The notes: a model not told the origin generated them from the sequence alone. A DNA stretch of 64,000 bases from Bacillota bacterium (GCA_023389255.1 JAEWER010000037.1:1833-65832); one strand, 5' to 3'. Numbered from the stretch's first letter, positions 20,573-31,419 are shown. Program-made: numbers and translations.

Positions 20573-21886
20573 TTAACGATCTAAGAAACCTTTGTAATGA
20601 CGCATCATCATCTGCGACTCTAATTGATTTACTAGATCCATTGCTACACCCACCACAATCAAGATAGCGGTACCACCAAACCACAAGGCATTACTGGTGC
20701 TGGTAGTGACGCTCATCACCATGGGGAATAGCACGATAACTACTAAGAAAATTGATTCCACCCAGCTGATGCGACGAGCAGTCTTAGTAATGAACTCTGC
20801 TGTCGGTCTGCCCGGACGAATACCAGGGATAAAACCACCATTTTTTTGTAAATTATTCGAGATCTCAATCGGATTAAATGAAATCAATGAATAAAAGAAT
20901 GTAAAGCCTACAATCAAAATGGCATAGAGTGGATAGTAGATCGGATTATGGTTAAAGTTCAAGAACCATTGAGAAATAGGTCCTTTACCACCAGTCAACG
21001 AAGCGATGAACGAAGGCACCAACATAACATTCAAGGCAAAAATTACTGGTAATACACCAGACTGATTCACCTTGATAGGCAAGTAAGTGCTTTGACCACC
21101 ATACAGCTTTCGACCTACAACACGTTTGGCATACGACACATGAATGCGACGTTCTGATGATTGAATGAAAACAACCAAAGCTATAGCCAAAATGAATACT
21201 ACAATTACCAACAATACGCCTAACAGAGCAATAATCATATTACGCTCATCAATCCAGTTCATGAATGTTAGGTACAAATTCTGGATCATGCTGGGGAATC
21301 TGCTCAAGATACCGACAAAGATAATCAAAGAAATACCGTTGCCAATACCACGCTCGTTGATTTGTTCACCCAACCACATGATGAAGGCAGAACCAGCAGT
21401 GAAGCTTGCAATAACAACAATTGCATTCAACCAGCTAGGCAATGAACTGGCACTAGCATCTTTGGTAGCTGACCAATAAGCAAAACTCATCACCAAAGAA
21501 ATTGCGATAGTGAAATAACGAGTAATCTTTTGGATCTTCTTTCTACCACTCTCACCTTCTTGTGCTAAACGTTCCAGCGCAGGGATCGCCACGGTCAACA
21601 ACTGCATGATAATTGAAGCGTTAACATAAGGCTGAATACCTAGAGCAAAAATGGGAATTGCTCTAACGTGTTCACCGGTTAAAGAAACACCCGAAACGAT
21701 CTCGAGGAAGTTACCGAACTGACCAAAATTTCTGATCAGTTCAGTAAACTTTTCAACACTGATACCGGGTACAGGTACTGCTGCACCCAAGCGATATACC
21801 AAGATGGCAAAAATGGTGAATAAAATCTTCTTGCGCAGATCTTGAATTTTGAAAGCATTACGTAAGGTATCTAACATGCTACCCAT
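20573..21886 (-). CDS. secY: Preprotein translocase subunit SecY
   Basis: 437-aa polytopic protein directly after rplO. ATG is preceded by AGGAGG. Confidence 0.95.
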   Translation of the reverse strand: MGSMLDTLRNAFKIQDLRKKILFTIFAILVYRLGAAVPVPGISVEKFTELIRNFGQFGNFLEIVSGVSLTGEHVRAIPIFALGIQPYVNASIIMQLLTVAIPALERLAQEGESGRKKIQKITRYFTIAISLVMSFAYWSATKDASASSLPSWLNAIVVIASFTAGSAFIMWLGEQINERGIGNGISLIIFVGILSRFPSMIQNLYLTFMNWIDERNMIIALLGVLLVIVVFILAIALVVFIQSSERRIHVSYAKRVVGRKLYGGQSTYLPIKVNQSGVLPVIFALNVMLVPSFIASLTGGKGPISQWFLNFNHNPIYYPLYAILIVGFTFFYSLISFNPIEISNNLQKNGGFIPGIRPGRPTAEFITKTARRISWVESIFLVVIVLFPMVMSVTTSTSNALWFGGTAILIVVGVAMDLVNQLESQMMMRHYKGFLDR

Positions 21887-21896
21887 GTTTTACCTC

Positions 21897-22373
21897 CTAT
21901 GCCTCGACTTTAGCCTTGCGTTGTTTAGTAACCTCAACACTACCGCCGGCTTGCTCAATTTTCTGACGTGCACTCTCTGTGCAGGCAGCAACTTGTACAG
22001 TCAGCTTCTTGTTCAACTCACCACGTCCCAAGATTTTGATACCATCGTGAACCTTAGGAATCGTTAAGACGCCAGATTCATGAATGGTATGGGCATTGAC
22101 CACATCACCATCGTTGAAACGGTTCAAATCTTCGATGTTGATCTCGTGATAATGTAAAGCAAAACGTTTGTTGTTAAACCCACGCTTAGGTAATCTTCTG
22201 TACAAAGGCATCTGACCACCCTCGAATTGAGGACGGACACCGCCACCTGAACGAGCATTTTGACCCTTGTGACCACGGCCAGCAGTCTTACCATTACCTG
22301 AACTATGACCGCGACCTTTACGCCAAGCTTTTTGACGTGCACCGGGAGTAGCTTTCAGCTCATTTAACTTCAT
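21897..22373 (-). CDS. rplO: 50S ribosomal protein L15
   Basis: [38 protein letters not shown], in the expected operon position. Confidence 0.95.
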   Translation of the reverse strand: MKLNELKATPGARQKAWRKGRGHSSGNGKTAGRGHKGQNARSGGGVRPQFEGGQMPLYRRLPKRGFNNKRFALHYHEINIEDLNRFNDGDVVNAHTIHESGVLTIPKVHDGIKILGRGELNKKLTVQVAACTESARQKIEQAGGSVEVTKQRKAKVEA

Positions 22374-22385
22374 CGTCTACCTCCT

Positions 22386-22564
22386 TATGCTTCCTTGACG
22401 GTCACCATGTGTGAGACTTTTGCGATTTGACCTCTAGTTGAGGGTAAATCATGATGCTCGACGGTTTGACCGATTTTCTTTAAACCAAGTGCCTGTAACA
22501 CAGCCTTTTGACGCTTGTTAGCGGAAGCTACGCTACGAGCTAAAGTGATTTGTAATTTAGCCAT
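22386..22564 (-). pseudogene. rpmD: 50S ribosomal protein L30 gene with an interrupted reading frame (1 nt short)
   Basis: The ATG at 22564 (SD GGAGG upstream) gives MAKLQITLARSVASANKRQKA, then runs into a TAA at 22483..22481. The rest of L30 (LQALGLKKIGQTVEHHDLPSTRGQIAKVSHMVTVKEA, stop at 22388..22386) is in the -1 frame. The span is 179 nt where 180 is expected, and the junction is at GCT-GG-TTA (about 22500). Confidence 0.75.
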
Positions 22565-22574
22565 CGATAACCTC

Positions 22575-23132
22575 CTACAGAATCTCTTCTACTGATTTAC
22601 CGCGCTTTTGTGCGATCATCTCAGGTGAGTACAGATTCTTCAAACCTTCTAATGCGGCATTACACATATTGTTGGGGTTGTTGGTACCCAGTGACTTAGT
22701 TCTAATATCTCTGATACCTGCCAATTCACAAATAGCACGTACAGGACCACCAGCGATAACACCAGTTCCTTCTGGTGCTGGTTTGAGTAAAACCTTACCG
22801 GCACCGAAGTGACCTAGTACTTCGTGCGGAATGGTGGTGCCGCTCAGAGGTACTTCGATCATGTTCTTTCTAGCACGATCAACACCCTTGCGGATAGCAT
22901 CAGGAATTTCTGCAGCTTTACCTAAGCCCTTACCAACATGTCCTTGACCATCGCCAGCAATGACCAGAGCGGTAAAACGGAAGTTACGACCACCTTTTAC
23001 AGTTTTCGCAACACGACCGATATGAATGACACGCTCTTGAATTCCATCATTACGTTCATCACGTTGACGGCGCTCACGACGACGACCTTGACCTTTTTTC
23101 TCTTGTCTTTCTCTATCTTTTTCGTTTGCCAT
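22575..23132 (-). CDS. rpsE: 30S ribosomal protein S5
   Basis: [30 protein letters not shown], with a basic N-terminal extension. Confidence 0.96.
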   Translation of the reverse strand: MANEKDRERQEKKGQGRRRERRQRDERNDGIQERVIHIGRVAKTVKGGRNFRFTALVIAGDGQGHVGKGLGKAAEIPDAIRKGVDRARKNMIEVPLSGTTIPHEVLGHFGAGKVLLKPAPEGTGVIAGGPVRAICELAGIRDIRTKSLGTNNPNNMCNAALEGLKNLYSPEMIAQKRGKSVEEIL

Positions 23133-23141
23133 TGCGCCCTC

Positions 23142-23501
23142 CTAGAAATTCAGACCTGCTTCACGTGCGCCTTCTGCTACTGCAGCAACACGTCCATGGT
23201 AGATGTAACCACCACGATCGAAAACTACACGCTCAATTCCTGCTTCTAATGCACGCTTTGCGACTAACTCACCGACCTTCTTAGCGGCTTCTTTGTTGCC
23301 ACCGCTAGCTGCTAGCTCTTTCTCTAAAGAAGAAGCAGATACTAAAGTCTTGCCAGCTTCATCGTCGATAACTTGTGCATAGATGTTCTTCAAACTGCGG
23401 AAGACACAGAGTCTAGGGCAAGTAGCGGTACCGCTCAGATGCTTTCTGACTCTTTTGTGCTTGCGCAAACGAATTTGATTCTTACTTAATTTGTTAGCCA
23501 T
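23142..23501 (-). CDS. rplR: 50S ribosomal protein L18
   Basis: [35 protein letters not shown]. Confidence 0.96.
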   Translation of the reverse strand: MANKLSKNQIRLRKHKRVRKHLSGTATCPRLCVFRSLKNIYAQVIDDEAGKTLVSASSLEKELAASGGNKEAAKKVGELVAKRALEAGIERVVFDRGGYIYHGRVAAVAEGAREAGLNF

Positions 23502-23520
23502 AAATCATCATCCTTCCCGC

Positions 23521-24063
23521 TTATGCACCAGTCTTGCCTTCCTTCAGGCGCAGAACTTCGTAATCATACTTAATACCTTTACCTTTGTAGGCATCAGGTA
23601 CACGACGTGCACGAATCTTGGCTGCAACTTCACCGACTAATTGCTTGTCAGCGCCTTTAACCAAAATTCTGTTTTCTTGAGGCACTTCAAAGGTGATACC
23701 TTCAGGTTGTTCGATCTCAACTGGGTGAGATAAACCCAAGCTTAAGACTAACTTCTTACCCTGCATAGTGGCACGATAACCGATACCGTTAATCTCCAAA
23801 GTCTTTTGGAAACCTTCGCTCACACCAGTTACCATGTTCTGCACCAGAGAACGAGTCAGACCATGTAAAGCCTTTGACTCTTTCTCATCGTTGACACGCT
23901 TGACCAGCAATTTGCCAGCTTCTTTGTCGTACTCAACTGAAATGCGCTCATGAATAGTTTGTTTTAACTCGGTGTTGCCTTTCTTAACGGTCAGCTCTTG
24001 ACCATTGATAGCAACATCAACACCAGCAGGAACGACTACTGGTTTATTGCCAATTCTTGACAT
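23521..24063 (-). CDS. rplF: 50S ribosomal protein L6
   Basis: MSRIGNKPVVVPAGVDV, 180 aa. Confidence 0.96.
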   Translation of the reverse strand: MSRIGNKPVVVPAGVDVAINGQELTVKKGNTELKQTIHERISVEYDKEAGKLLVKRVNDEKESKALHGLTRSLVQNMVTGVSEGFQKTLEINGIGYRATMQGKKLVLSLGLSHPVEIEQPEGITFEVPQENRILVKGADKQLVGEVAAKIRARRVPDAYKGKGIKYDYEVLRLKEGKTGA

Positions 24064-24111
24064 ATTTCCTCCTCTTAAGATTGCAACCCCGTGGGGTCTT
24101 TTCAGAGTTGA

Positions 24112-24507
24112 TTACCAAACGAACAGCATGACTTCGCCGCCAATGCCCAACTTACGAGCCTTTTTGCAAGTCATCACACCTTGTGATGTGGAAATAATAG
24201 CAATACCTAAGCCACCCAAGACTTCAGGCAACTCAGTGCTATTTGCATAAACTCTTAAACCAGGTTTTGAGATGCGACGCAGGCCAGAAATAACAGGGCG
24301 CTTACCTTGATATTTCAAAGTAATACGTAATGCGCCTTGTTTGCCATCCTCAATTTTTTCTACCTTTTCAATATAACCTTGCTCTTGCAGAATCTCAGCA
24401 ATGTCTTGCTTTAGACGACTAGCAGGAACATCGCAAGTCGCATGACCAGCACGGCTGGCATTGCGGATGCGGGTTAACATATCAGCAATTGTATCTGTAA
24501 TTTGCAT
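24112..24507 (-). CDS. rpsH: 30S ribosomal protein S8
   Basis: [14 protein letters not shown]. Confidence 0.96.
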   Translation of the reverse strand: MQITDTIADMLTRIRNASRAGHATCDVPASRLKQDIAEILQEQGYIEKVEKIEDGKQGALRITLKYQGKRPVISGLRRISKPGLRVYANSTELPEVLGGLGIAIISTSQGVMTCKKARKLGIGGEVMLFVW

Positions 24508-24524
24508 TATGATCTCCTTTCCGC

Positions 24525-24710
24525 TTACCAGCTGGCTTTACGCACGCCAGGGATCTGACCTTTGTATGCTAACTCACGGAAGCAAAGACGGCAGATACCG
24601 TATTTACGCATGTATGAATGCGGACGACCGCACAGTTGGCAACGATTATGTTGACGAGTGGAAAACTTTGCAGGCTTAGCTGCTTTAATTTTCATCGAAG
24701 TTTTTGCCAT
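24525..24710 (-). CDS. rpsN: 30S ribosomal protein S14, type Z (zinc-binding, 61 aa)
   Basis: [25 protein letters not shown] contains two CxxC pairs. Confidence 0.95.
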   Translation of the reverse strand: MAKTSMKIKAAKPAKFSTRQHNRCQLCGRPHSYMRKYGICRLCFRELAYKGQIPGVRKASW

Positions 24711-24719
24711 GGTTCCTCC

Positions 24720-25262
24720 CTATTTACGAAACGGCATACCCAGACCGCTGAGTAAAGCTCTTGCTTCTTCATCGGTCTCTGCACTGGTGACGATAATGAT
24801 ATCTAAACCTCTGATCTTCTCAACCTTATCGTAGTCGATTTCAGGGAAGATCAACTGTTCTTTAGCACCCATAGCATAGTTGCCATGGCCGTCAAATGAA
24901 TTGGGGTTAATACCACGGAAGTCGCGGGTACGAGGTAGCGCAATGCTGATAAGTTTATCTAAGAACTCATACATTCTCTTACCACGAATGGTTACCTTAG
25001 CACCGATCTCCATACCTTCACGAATTTTGAAGTTTGCGATGGATTTACGTGCTTTAGTTACCACAGCCTTTTGACCTGCAATGGTGGTTAAATCACGCAC
25101 AGCACCTTCGATTGCTTTGGAGTTCTCCTTAGCATCGCCGACACCCATGTTGAGAACAATCTTCTCCAGTTTAGGAATCTCCATACTGGAAGAATAGTTA
25201 AATTGCTCTTTCAGTTGAGGTACTACTTCATCGAAATATTTTTTTGCTAAACGATTATCCAT
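24720..25262 (-). CDS. rplE: 50S ribosomal protein L5
   Basis: [16 protein letters not shown], 180 aa. Confidence 0.96.
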   Translation of the reverse strand: MDNRLAKKYFDEVVPQLKEQFNYSSSMEIPKLEKIVLNMGVGDAKENSKAIEGAVRDLTTIAGQKAVVTKARKSIANFKIREGMEIGAKVTIRGKRMYEFLDKLISIALPRTRDFRGINPNSFDGHGNYAMGAKEQLIFPEIDYDKVEKIRGLDIIIVTSAETDEEARALLSGLGMPFRK

Positions 25263-25273
25263 GAATCTTCCCC

Positions 25274-25612
25274 CTACTTAGCCGACTTAACAGTGTCGAT
25301 AACTTCGCCACTGGCTTTGCTGTAACGTACTTTTTCGCCATTCTCTAACACACGGTAACCGACTTTGGTCGGACGTTTGGTCTTAGGACAGACCAACATA
25401 ACATTAGAGCTAGAGATCGGAGCCTCTTGGTGAGTAATACCACCCTGTTGGGCTGCAGATCTAGGTTTTACGTGCTTGGTGACAATGTTGACACCCTCGA
25501 CGATGACTTTTTGCTTCTTAGGTAAAACGGCTAAAACTTTACCAGTTTTACCACGATCTTTACCTGTTAAGACATAGACATTGTCATTTACTTTTACATG
25601 TACTTTAGCCAT
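25274..25612 (-). CDS. rplX: 50S ribosomal protein L24
   Basis: KOW motif [14 protein letters not shown]. Confidence 0.95.
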   Translation of the reverse strand: MAKVHVKVNDNVYVLTGKDRGKTGKVLAVLPKKQKVIVEGVNIVTKHVKPRSAAQQGGITHQEAPISSSNVMLVCPKTKRPTKVGYRVLENGEKVRYSKASGEVIDTVKSAK

Positions 25613-25624
25613 CTCAAATCCTCC

Positions 25625-25993
25625 TTATAACACTTCAGGGGCGAGAGACAGAATCTTCATGTAATTCTTCTCACGTAATTCTCTGGCGATCGGACCGAAG
25701 ATACGAGTGCCTTGAGGGTTACCATCTTCTTTGATGATAACAGCGGCATTCTCATCGAAACGGATCAAGCTACCATCGGGACGACGAACACCATTCTTGG
25801 TACGCACGATAACAGCTTTGACCACATCACCAGCCTTGACTACACCACCAGGAGTGGCTTCCTTGACTGAGCAGACAATAACATCACCGATATTGGCATA
25901 TTTGCGTTTGGTGCCACCCAGCACCTTAATGCACATAAGCTTTCTGGCGCCGGTATTGTCCGCGGATTTCAAATATGATTGTAATTGGATCAT
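25625..25993 (-). CDS. rplN: 50S ribosomal protein L14
   Basis: [27 protein letters not shown]. Confidence 0.97.
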   Translation of the reverse strand: MIQLQSYLKSADNTGARKLMCIKVLGGTKRKYANIGDVIVCSVKEATPGGVVKAGDVVKAVIVRTKNGVRRPDGSLIRFDENAAVIIKEDGNPQGTRIFGPIARELREKNYMKILSLAPEVL

Positions 25994-26013
25994 TTTTCCT
26001 CCTAGGATCCGGC

Positions 26014-26268
26014 TTATTTAGCCTTCTCGATAACTTTGACCAGTCTCCAACGCTTATCTTTACTCAAAGGACGAGTTTCCATGATACGGACGGTATCACC
26101 AATACCGCATTCATTTTGTTCATCATGAGCTTTCAGACGAATGGTGCGTTTTACATACTTCTTATACAGGGGATGACGCACATGCTCGGTAACAGCAACA
26201 ACAATCGTCTTATCCATCTTGTCAGAAACGACAATTCCTGTTCTTTGCTTTCTTAAATTTCTTTCCAT
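26014..26268 (-). CDS. rpsQ: 30S ribosomal protein S17
   Basis: [21 protein letters not shown]. Confidence 0.95.
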   Translation of the reverse strand: MERNLRKQRTGIVVSDKMDKTIVVAVTEHVRHPLYKKYVKRTIRLKAHDEQNECGIGDTVRIMETRPLSKDKRWRLVKVIEKAK

Positions 26269-26471
26269 TATGCGTTCTCTCCTGCCAATTCTCTCTCGCG
26301 CAAAATAGTTTTGACACGAGCGATATCACGCTTAACTGCTTTGAGTTGTTGCGGATTCTCTAACTGGTTTGTTACGTGTTGGAATCTCAACTTGAAGAGT
26401 TGTTCCTTGAGTTCAGCGAGCTCTTTATGCAGATCAGCTTCGCTCATTTGGCGCAGATTACTTGCTTTCAT
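26268..26471 (-). CDS. rpmC: 50S ribosomal protein L29
   Basis: [26 protein letters not shown]. Confidence 0.95.
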   Translation of the reverse strand: MKASNLRQMSEADLHKELAELKEQLFKLRFQHVTNQLENPQQLKAVKRDIARVKTILRERELAGENA

Positions 26472-27024
26472 TTTGCTCAGCCTCCTTCTTCTCAGCTGCT
26501 AACTCAGCCTGGTGTTGGGCGCTCTCTTCAGCGGCCATTTCCTTCTCTTCTTCAATCTGTTCGATTACTTCAGTTTGCACTTCAGAGAACTTGTCTAACT
26601 CATCTTCAGTCAACTCAACTTTACCGACCACAAATTTGGTCTTACAAGGTAGTTTGTGTGAAGCTAGGCGGAAAGCCTCTCTAGCAACAGTTTCGCCGAC
26701 ACCAGCCAGTTCGAACAACACACGACCCGGCTTGACGACTGCTACCCAGTAATCGGGTGAACCTTTACCGGAACCCATGCGGGTTTCAGCAGGCTTCTTA
26801 GAAACAGATTTATCAGGGAATACCTTGATCCAAACTTTACCACCACGGCGCAGATAACGGTTGATAGCAATACGAGCAGCCTCGATTTGATTGCCGGTCA
26901 TCCAGCAGGGCTCTAAGGCTTGCAGACCGTATTGTCCATAAGCAACAGTGTTACCACGAGTAGCTTTGCCTTTCATGCGACCACGGTGCTGTCTTCTATA
27001 TTTAACTCTCTTAGGCATTAACAT
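26458..27024 (-). CDS. rplP: 50S ribosomal protein L16 with a long acidic C-terminal extension
   Basis: [19 protein letters not shown]...KLPCKTKFV, followed by about 50 further residues rich in E/A/Q. 188 aa in total. Confidence 0.95.
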   Translation of the reverse strand: MLMPKRVKYRRQHRGRMKGKATRGNTVAYGQYGLQALEPCWMTGNQIEAARIAINRYLRRGGKVWIKVFPDKSVSKKPAETRMGSGKGSPDYWVAVVKPGRVLFELAGVGETVAREAFRLASHKLPCKTKFVVGKVELTEDELDKFSEVQTEVIEQIEEEKEMAAEESAQHQAELAAEKKEAEQNESK

Positions 27025-27695
27025 TAGAGATTGCCTCCTTCCGCAGCCTCGTCGTTCTTAGGCATAGGAATAATCTCACCTTTGTAGATCCAAACCTTGC
27101 AACCAATACGACCAGCGGTTGTGTTGGCCTCTGCGAAGCCGTAGTCAATGTCAGCTCTCAGAGTATGCAGAGGAATGGTACCCTCGTGATATTGTTCGCT
27201 TCTGGCGATTTCAGCACCGCCTAAGCGACCAGAACACATAGTCTTAATTCCTTTGGCGCCACCCTTCATGGATCTGCTGATGGCTTGCTTCATTGCACGA
27301 CGGAAAGAAACGCGTTCTTCCAATTGTTGAGCAATATTCTCAGCTACTAATTGTGCATCCAACTCAGGAGCTGTAACTTCTTTAACATTCAAAAGGAACT
27401 CATGACCAAATTTCTTAGCGAGTTTCTTCTTGAGATTATCAATCTCAGAACCTTGGCGACCAATAACGATACCAGGTTTTGCAGTTGAAATAGTGATAAC
27501 AGTTCTCTTATCACCTTCACGCTCAATTTCGATACGAGAAACGCCAGCCTTGAAAGTCTCTTTCTTGACGAAGTCACGAATCTTCTTATCTTCGACTAAG
27601 TAACGAGCGAAATCTTTTTTATCTGCGTACCAACGGGTATCCCAATCTTTGATTACGCCAACACGTAAGCCATGAGGATTTACTTTTTGACCCAT
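27024..27695 (-). CDS. rpsC: 30S ribosomal protein S3
   Basis: [13 protein letters not shown]. Confidence 0.97.
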   Translation of the reverse strand: MGQKVNPHGLRVGVIKDWDTRWYADKKDFARYLVEDKKIRDFVKKETFKAGVSRIEIEREGDKRTVITISTAKPGIVIGRQGSEIDNLKKKLAKKFGHEFLLNVKEVTAPELDAQLVAENIAQQLEERVSFRRAMKQAISRSMKGGAKGIKTMCSGRLGGAEIARSEQYHEGTIPLHTLRADIDYGFAEANTTAGRIGCKVWIYKGEIIPMPKNDEAAEGGNL

Positions 27696-27703
27696 ACTGC
27701 CTC

Positions 27704-28183
27704 CTACGCCTCTCTCTCTTTCAATACAACCTCGATGTTAGCGGTACGCTTCAAGATCGGCGAAGCACTACCTTTACCACGAGGAATGTAACGTTTCATA
27801 TGAGGACCTTTACCGACGCTTACTTCTGCAACATACAGATTGTCACGGTTCAGGTTGTTGTTGTTCACGGCGTTAGCAGCTGCAGATCTGACCAATTTGA
27901 GCAAAATGGGACAGGCTGCCTTGGGCACATAACGCAGAATCGCTTCTGCTTCACGCAGGTCTTTACCAATAATAATGTCACGCACGATGCTGACCTTGGA
28001 AGGGCTGATACGAACGCGCGAGATCGAAGCTACACCACGATCTTTACCAATGCCCAGAACTTTACGCTCTTTTTTACTCAGCATCGGTTTTTTGGCTGAC
28101 TTGCGGGTGGTCGCATAGAAATCGGCGACCAATTGTTCGCGGTTGTCAAGCAACTCTTGCTTGCTCATAACCTTCTTTTCCAC
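27704..28183 (-). CDS. rplV: 50S ribosomal protein L22 with an N-terminal extension of about 50 aa
   Basis: The conserved core starts near [13 protein letters not shown]. The GTG start at 28183 lies 6 nt after AAGGAGGA. Confidence 0.9.
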   Translation of the reverse strand: MEKKVMSKQELLDNREQLVADFYATTRKSAKKPMLSKKERKVLGIGKDRGVASISRVRISPSKVSIVRDIIIGKDLREAEAILRYVPKAACPILLKLVRSAAANAVNNNNLNRDNLYVAEVSVGKGPHMKRYIPRGKGSASPILKRTANIEVVLKEREA

Positions 28184-28197
28184 AATCGTCCTCCTTC

Positions 28198-28479
28198 TTA
28201 ACGACGACCAGCTGATTTCTCAGAACCAGCGTGACCACGGAATGTTCTGGTAGGTGCAAACTCACCTAACTTATGACCAACCATCTCTTCAGTGATGTAC
28301 ACAGGAACATGCTTACGACCATCGTGTACGGCAATGGTATGACCTACCATCTCAGGGAAGATGGTTGAAGAACGTGACCAAGTTCTGATAACTTTGCGCT
28401 CGTTCTTCTCGTTCATCTCATTGATACGACGCATCAGAGCGGCTTCGACAAAATAACCTTTCTTAATTGAACGACTCAT
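28198..28479 (-). CDS. rpsS: 30S ribosomal protein S19
   Basis: [11 protein letters not shown]...[17 protein letters not shown]. Confidence 0.97.
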   Translation of the reverse strand: MSRSIKKGYFVEAALMRRINEMNEKNERKVIRTWSRSSTIFPEMVGHTIAVHDGRKHVPVYITEEMVGHKLGEFAPTRTFRGHAGSEKSAGRR

Positions 28480-28491
28480 TAGCTAGCCTCC

Positions 28492-29322
28492 CTATTTCTT
28501 ACGTCTTCTGACAATGTATTGGTCAGACTTCTTATTCTTCTTACGGGTTTTCTTACCCAGAGTGGGTTTACCCCAAGGAGTAAGAGGACCGGGCATACCG
28601 ATGGGCGATTTACCCTCACCACCACCGTGGGGGTGATCACAGGGATTCATAACCACACCACGCACTTTAGGTCTTCTACCTAAGTGACGGCTACGACCAG
28701 CCTTACCGATAGAAATGTTTTCGTGTTCAGCATTGCCTACAGCACCGATGGTTGCTTTGCAGTCTAAGGTGACTAAGCGATATTCGCCAGAAGGTAAACG
28801 CAGTTGTGCAAAACGACCTTCTTTAGCCATCAACTGAGCACTTGCACCAGCTGTTCTAACCATCTGAGCACCCTTGCCAGGCTTTAATTCGATGTTGTGA
28901 ACTAAGGTACCAACAGGGATGTCTTTCAGCTGTTTGCAGTTACCTACTTTGATATCTGCATCTTGACCGCTGACAACTTGCATACCAACTGTCAAACCCT
29001 CAGGAGCTAAGATATAGGACTTAGCACCATCAACATAGTGCAACAGTGCGATACGAGCTGAACGATTGGGATCGTATTCTAAAGCGGCAACATTTGCTAC
29101 GATGCCATCTTTGTTTCTTTTCCAATCGATAATGCGGTAATGCTTACGGTTACCACCACCGCGTCTACGTACGGTGATACGACCATAATTGTTACGACCC
29201 GAATATTTCTTCTTGCTACCGAGCAGAGCTTTCTCAGGCTTTTTGTTGGTCAGCTCTGAAAAATCAGCTACGGTCATCTGCCGTCTAGCAGGTGAAGTCG
29301 GGCGGAAGCTTTTTACTGCCAT
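28492..29322 (-). CDS. rplB: 50S ribosomal protein L2
   Basis: [25 protein letters not shown]; [13 protein letters not shown]. Confidence 0.97.
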   Translation of the reverse strand: MAVKSFRPTSPARRQMTVADFSELTNKKPEKALLGSKKKYSGRNNYGRITVRRRGGGNRKHYRIIDWKRNKDGIVANVAALEYDPNRSARIALLHYVDGAKSYILAPEGLTVGMQVVSGQDADIKVGNCKQLKDIPVGTLVHNIELKPGKGAQMVRTAGASAQLMAKEGRFAQLRLPSGEYRLVTLDCKATIGAVGNAEHENISIGKAGRSRHLGRRPKVRGVVMNPCDHPHGGGEGKSPIGMPGPLTPWGKPTLGKKTRKKNKKSDQYIVRRRKK

Positions 29323-29344
29323 AAATTCACTCCTTCTCTACGGC

Positions 29345-29698
29345 TTATTGACCAAAACCGAACTCTTCGATAGTGGTCTTATACTTACGATCGCCTTTGA
29401 CTTGAGCGCCACCCTTGCCGGTGTAGACACTTGCCTTAGGAGCTTGATCGATAGTTACAACTGCCTTTTTCCAGGATGCTGTTCTACCCGAGGTATAACC
29501 TTGGCGCTTCAGCTTGCCACGGACATTGACAGTGTTTACTTTAACTACTTTTACTTCGAACAGCTGCTCGATTGCCTGACGAATCTCAGTCTTAGTAGCG
29601 TGTTTGGCAACTGCAAAAGTGTACTTACCCTCAGCAGAAGCCATGGTGCTACGTTCAGTGATTACAGGGCGCAGGATAATATCGTGTGCACTCTTCAT
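29345..29698 (-). CDS. rplW: 50S ribosomal protein L23
   Basis: ILRPVITERS...KYTFAVAKHATKTEIRQAIEQLFEVKV. Confidence 0.95.
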   Translation of the reverse strand: MKSAHDIILRPVITERSTMASAEGKYTFAVAKHATKTEIRQAIEQLFEVKVVKVNTVNVRGKLKRQGYTSGRTASWKKAVVTIDQAPKASVYTGKGGAQVKGDRKYKTTIEEFGFGQ

Positions 29699-30321
29699 TA
29701 GATATACACCTCCTGAACTTTCTCAATCGCTTGCTGGGTGAACAGCACGTTATCGTGCTTGAGCAGATCGTAAACATTCAGAGTACCGACTAAAGTGACG
29801 GTGACACCAGGAATGTTGCGACTGGAGAGTTGAACATTCTTATCATTCTCAGGTAATACAACCAGAGTTGAACCAGCTAACTCTAAAGCACCAAATAAGT
29901 TGACCATTTGCTTGGTTTTAATTTCTGACAGAGTCAGATTATCTAAAACTTTCATGCATTGATCTTGGTAGGTAGCAGCTAAAGCAGATTTCAGAGCTAA
30001 GCGACGCATCTTCTTGGGCAATCTGTAGCTGTAGTCACGAGGTACTGGACCAAAGATGATACCACCACCGACGTGTTGAGCTGAACGGATTGAACCTTGA
30101 CGAGCTCTACCAGTTCCCTTTTGACGATAGGGTTTTCTACCACCACCGCTAACTTCGCTTCTACCCTTTACTTTGCTGGTACCTTGACGACGGTTAGCCA
30201 ATAGGTTAACAACAGCGCGGTGTAAAACATCTTGGTTAGGAGTAATACCGAAGATCTCATCATTAAGTTCGAGATTACCAGTAACCTTGCCTTCCATATT
30301 GTATAAATCAATCTTAGCCAT
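29698..30321 (-). CDS. rplD: 50S ribosomal protein L4
   Basis: RQGTSKVKGRSEVSGGGRKPYRQKGTGRARQGS. Confidence 0.96.
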   Translation of the reverse strand: MAKIDLYNMEGKVTGNLELNDEIFGITPNQDVLHRAVVNLLANRRQGTSKVKGRSEVSGGGRKPYRQKGTGRARQGSIRSAQHVGGGIIFGPVPRDYSYRLPKKMRRLALKSALAATYQDQCMKVLDNLTLSEIKTKQMVNLFGALELAGSTLVVLPENDKNVQLSSRNIPGVTVTLVGTLNVYDLLKHDNVLFTQQAIEKVQEVYI

Positions 30322-30340
30322 TTAAGGTTCCTCCTCTCGC

Positions 30341-30961
30341 TTAATGTGATTTAACCGCAGTACGGATTTCAACTAAACCACCCTTAGGTCCAGGGATAGC
30401 GCCCTTGACAACTAGGATGTTGCGCTCGCCATCGACTTTGACAACACGCAGATTTTGTACAGTTACACGTTCATGACCCATGTGACCAGGCATTTTCTTA
30501 CCTTTGATAACACGTGAAGGTGTAGCTGATGAACCCATTGAACCAGCAGCTCTATGATACTTAGAACCGTGAGTCACAGGTCCACGGCTGAAGTTATGAC
30601 GCTTGATGGCGCCAGCGTAACCTTTACCTTTTGATGTGCCGATTACATCAACTACATCATCAACATTGAACATTTCATCAACTTTCAGTTTTTGACCGAC
30701 TTCATACTCTTGATCGGGCTCAAACTCGCGCAGAACACGCATAGGTTCGCTTTCAGCCTTCGCAAACTGACCTTTGTGAGGTTTGTTTGCTTTCTTGTAC
30801 TCTTCGTAACCAACCTTAACAGCCTTGTAGCCATCGACTTCTTCAGTCTTGTTTTGCACTACAACGATAGGACCGCAATCGATGACGGTTACGGGGGTGC
30901 AAATGCCAGCCTCATCAAACAACTGAGTCATACCGGCTTTTCTACCCAACATGAATTTCAT
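30341..30961 (-). CDS. rplC: 50S ribosomal protein L3
   Basis: GRKAGMTQLFDEAG...GKGYAGAIKRHNF. Confidence 0.96.
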   Translation of the reverse strand: MKFMLGRKAGMTQLFDEAGICTPVTVIDCGPIVVVQNKTEEVDGYKAVKVGYEEYKKANKPHKGQFAKAESEPMRVLREFEPDQEYEVGQKLKVDEMFNVDDVVDVIGTSKGKGYAGAIKRHNFSRGPVTHGSKYHRAAGSMGSSATPSRVIKGKKMPGHMGHERVTVQNLRVVKVDGERNILVVKGAIPGPKGGLVEIRTAVKSH

Positions 30962-31017
30962 TTGAGTTTTCCTCCTTGGTTATTGGTTCGTCTATGCGAA
31001 CATTGACCACAACTGTC

Positions 31018-31329
31018 TTACACTTTGATCTCGATGTTGACACCAGCAGGCATCTCTAAGCCCATCAATGCACTCAGGGTTTGTTGACTGGGTGACAAGA
31101 TGTCGATCAAGCGCTTATGGGTACGAGCCTCAAATTGCTCACGAGAATCTTTGTGTTTGTGAGGAGAACGTAAAATAGTTACGATCTCTTTCTCGGTGGG
31201 CAGGGGGATCGGTCCCGAAACACTTGCGCCAGTCTTGATAGCGGTCTCAACGATACGTGAGGCGCTCTCATCTAGTACATTGTGATCGAATGCCTTTAGG
31301 CGAATACGGATCATTCTGTTAACAGCCAT
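31018..31329 (-). CDS. rpsJ: 30S ribosomal protein S10
   Basis: [24 protein letters not shown]. The true ATG is at 31329; the in-frame upstream ATGGAGGT supplies the SD. Confidence 0.96.
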   Translation of the reverse strand: MAVNRMIRIRLKAFDHNVLDESASRIVETAIKTGASVSGPIPLPTEKEIVTILRSPHKHKDSREQFEARTHKRLIDILSPSQQTLSALMGLEMPAGVNIEIKV

Positions 31330-31385
31330 TGTTACCTCCATTGCTGCTAGATCTGCAACTCATCCGGGCGTTTGCTTTTTGTCTA

Positions 31386-31419
31386 TTTAAAAACCCAGCA
31401 ACTCGTCAAAGCGCTGGGT
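31386..31419 (-). terminator. Intrinsic terminator/attenuator inside the S10-operon leader
   Basis: Minus strand reads ACCCAGC-(13 nt)-GCTGGGT followed by TTTTTAAAT, ending about 60 nt upstream of the rpsJ ATG. Confidence 0.6.

Noticed and set aside
20454-20684. 76-aa minus-strand ORF overlapping the secY 3' end
   Set aside because: It spans the secY stop and the secY terminator hairpin, has no SD and has no recognisable features. I treat it as spurious.
22124-22342. 72-aa same-strand alternative-frame ORF inside rplO
   Set aside because: It lies entirely within the conserved L15 coding sequence, has no independent SD and has a valine/arginine-biased shadow composition.
29189-29701. 170-aa plus-strand ORF, and many similar ones (for example 1178..1492, 13689..14132, 18897..19220, 50102..50467, 62042..62386)
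   Set aside because: All lie antisense to, or in an alternative frame of, well-supported long genes (r-proteins, the giant adhesin, uvrC, ABC genes). They have no SD, and their composition is low-complexity, mirror-of-codon-bias. I treat them as shadow ORFs.
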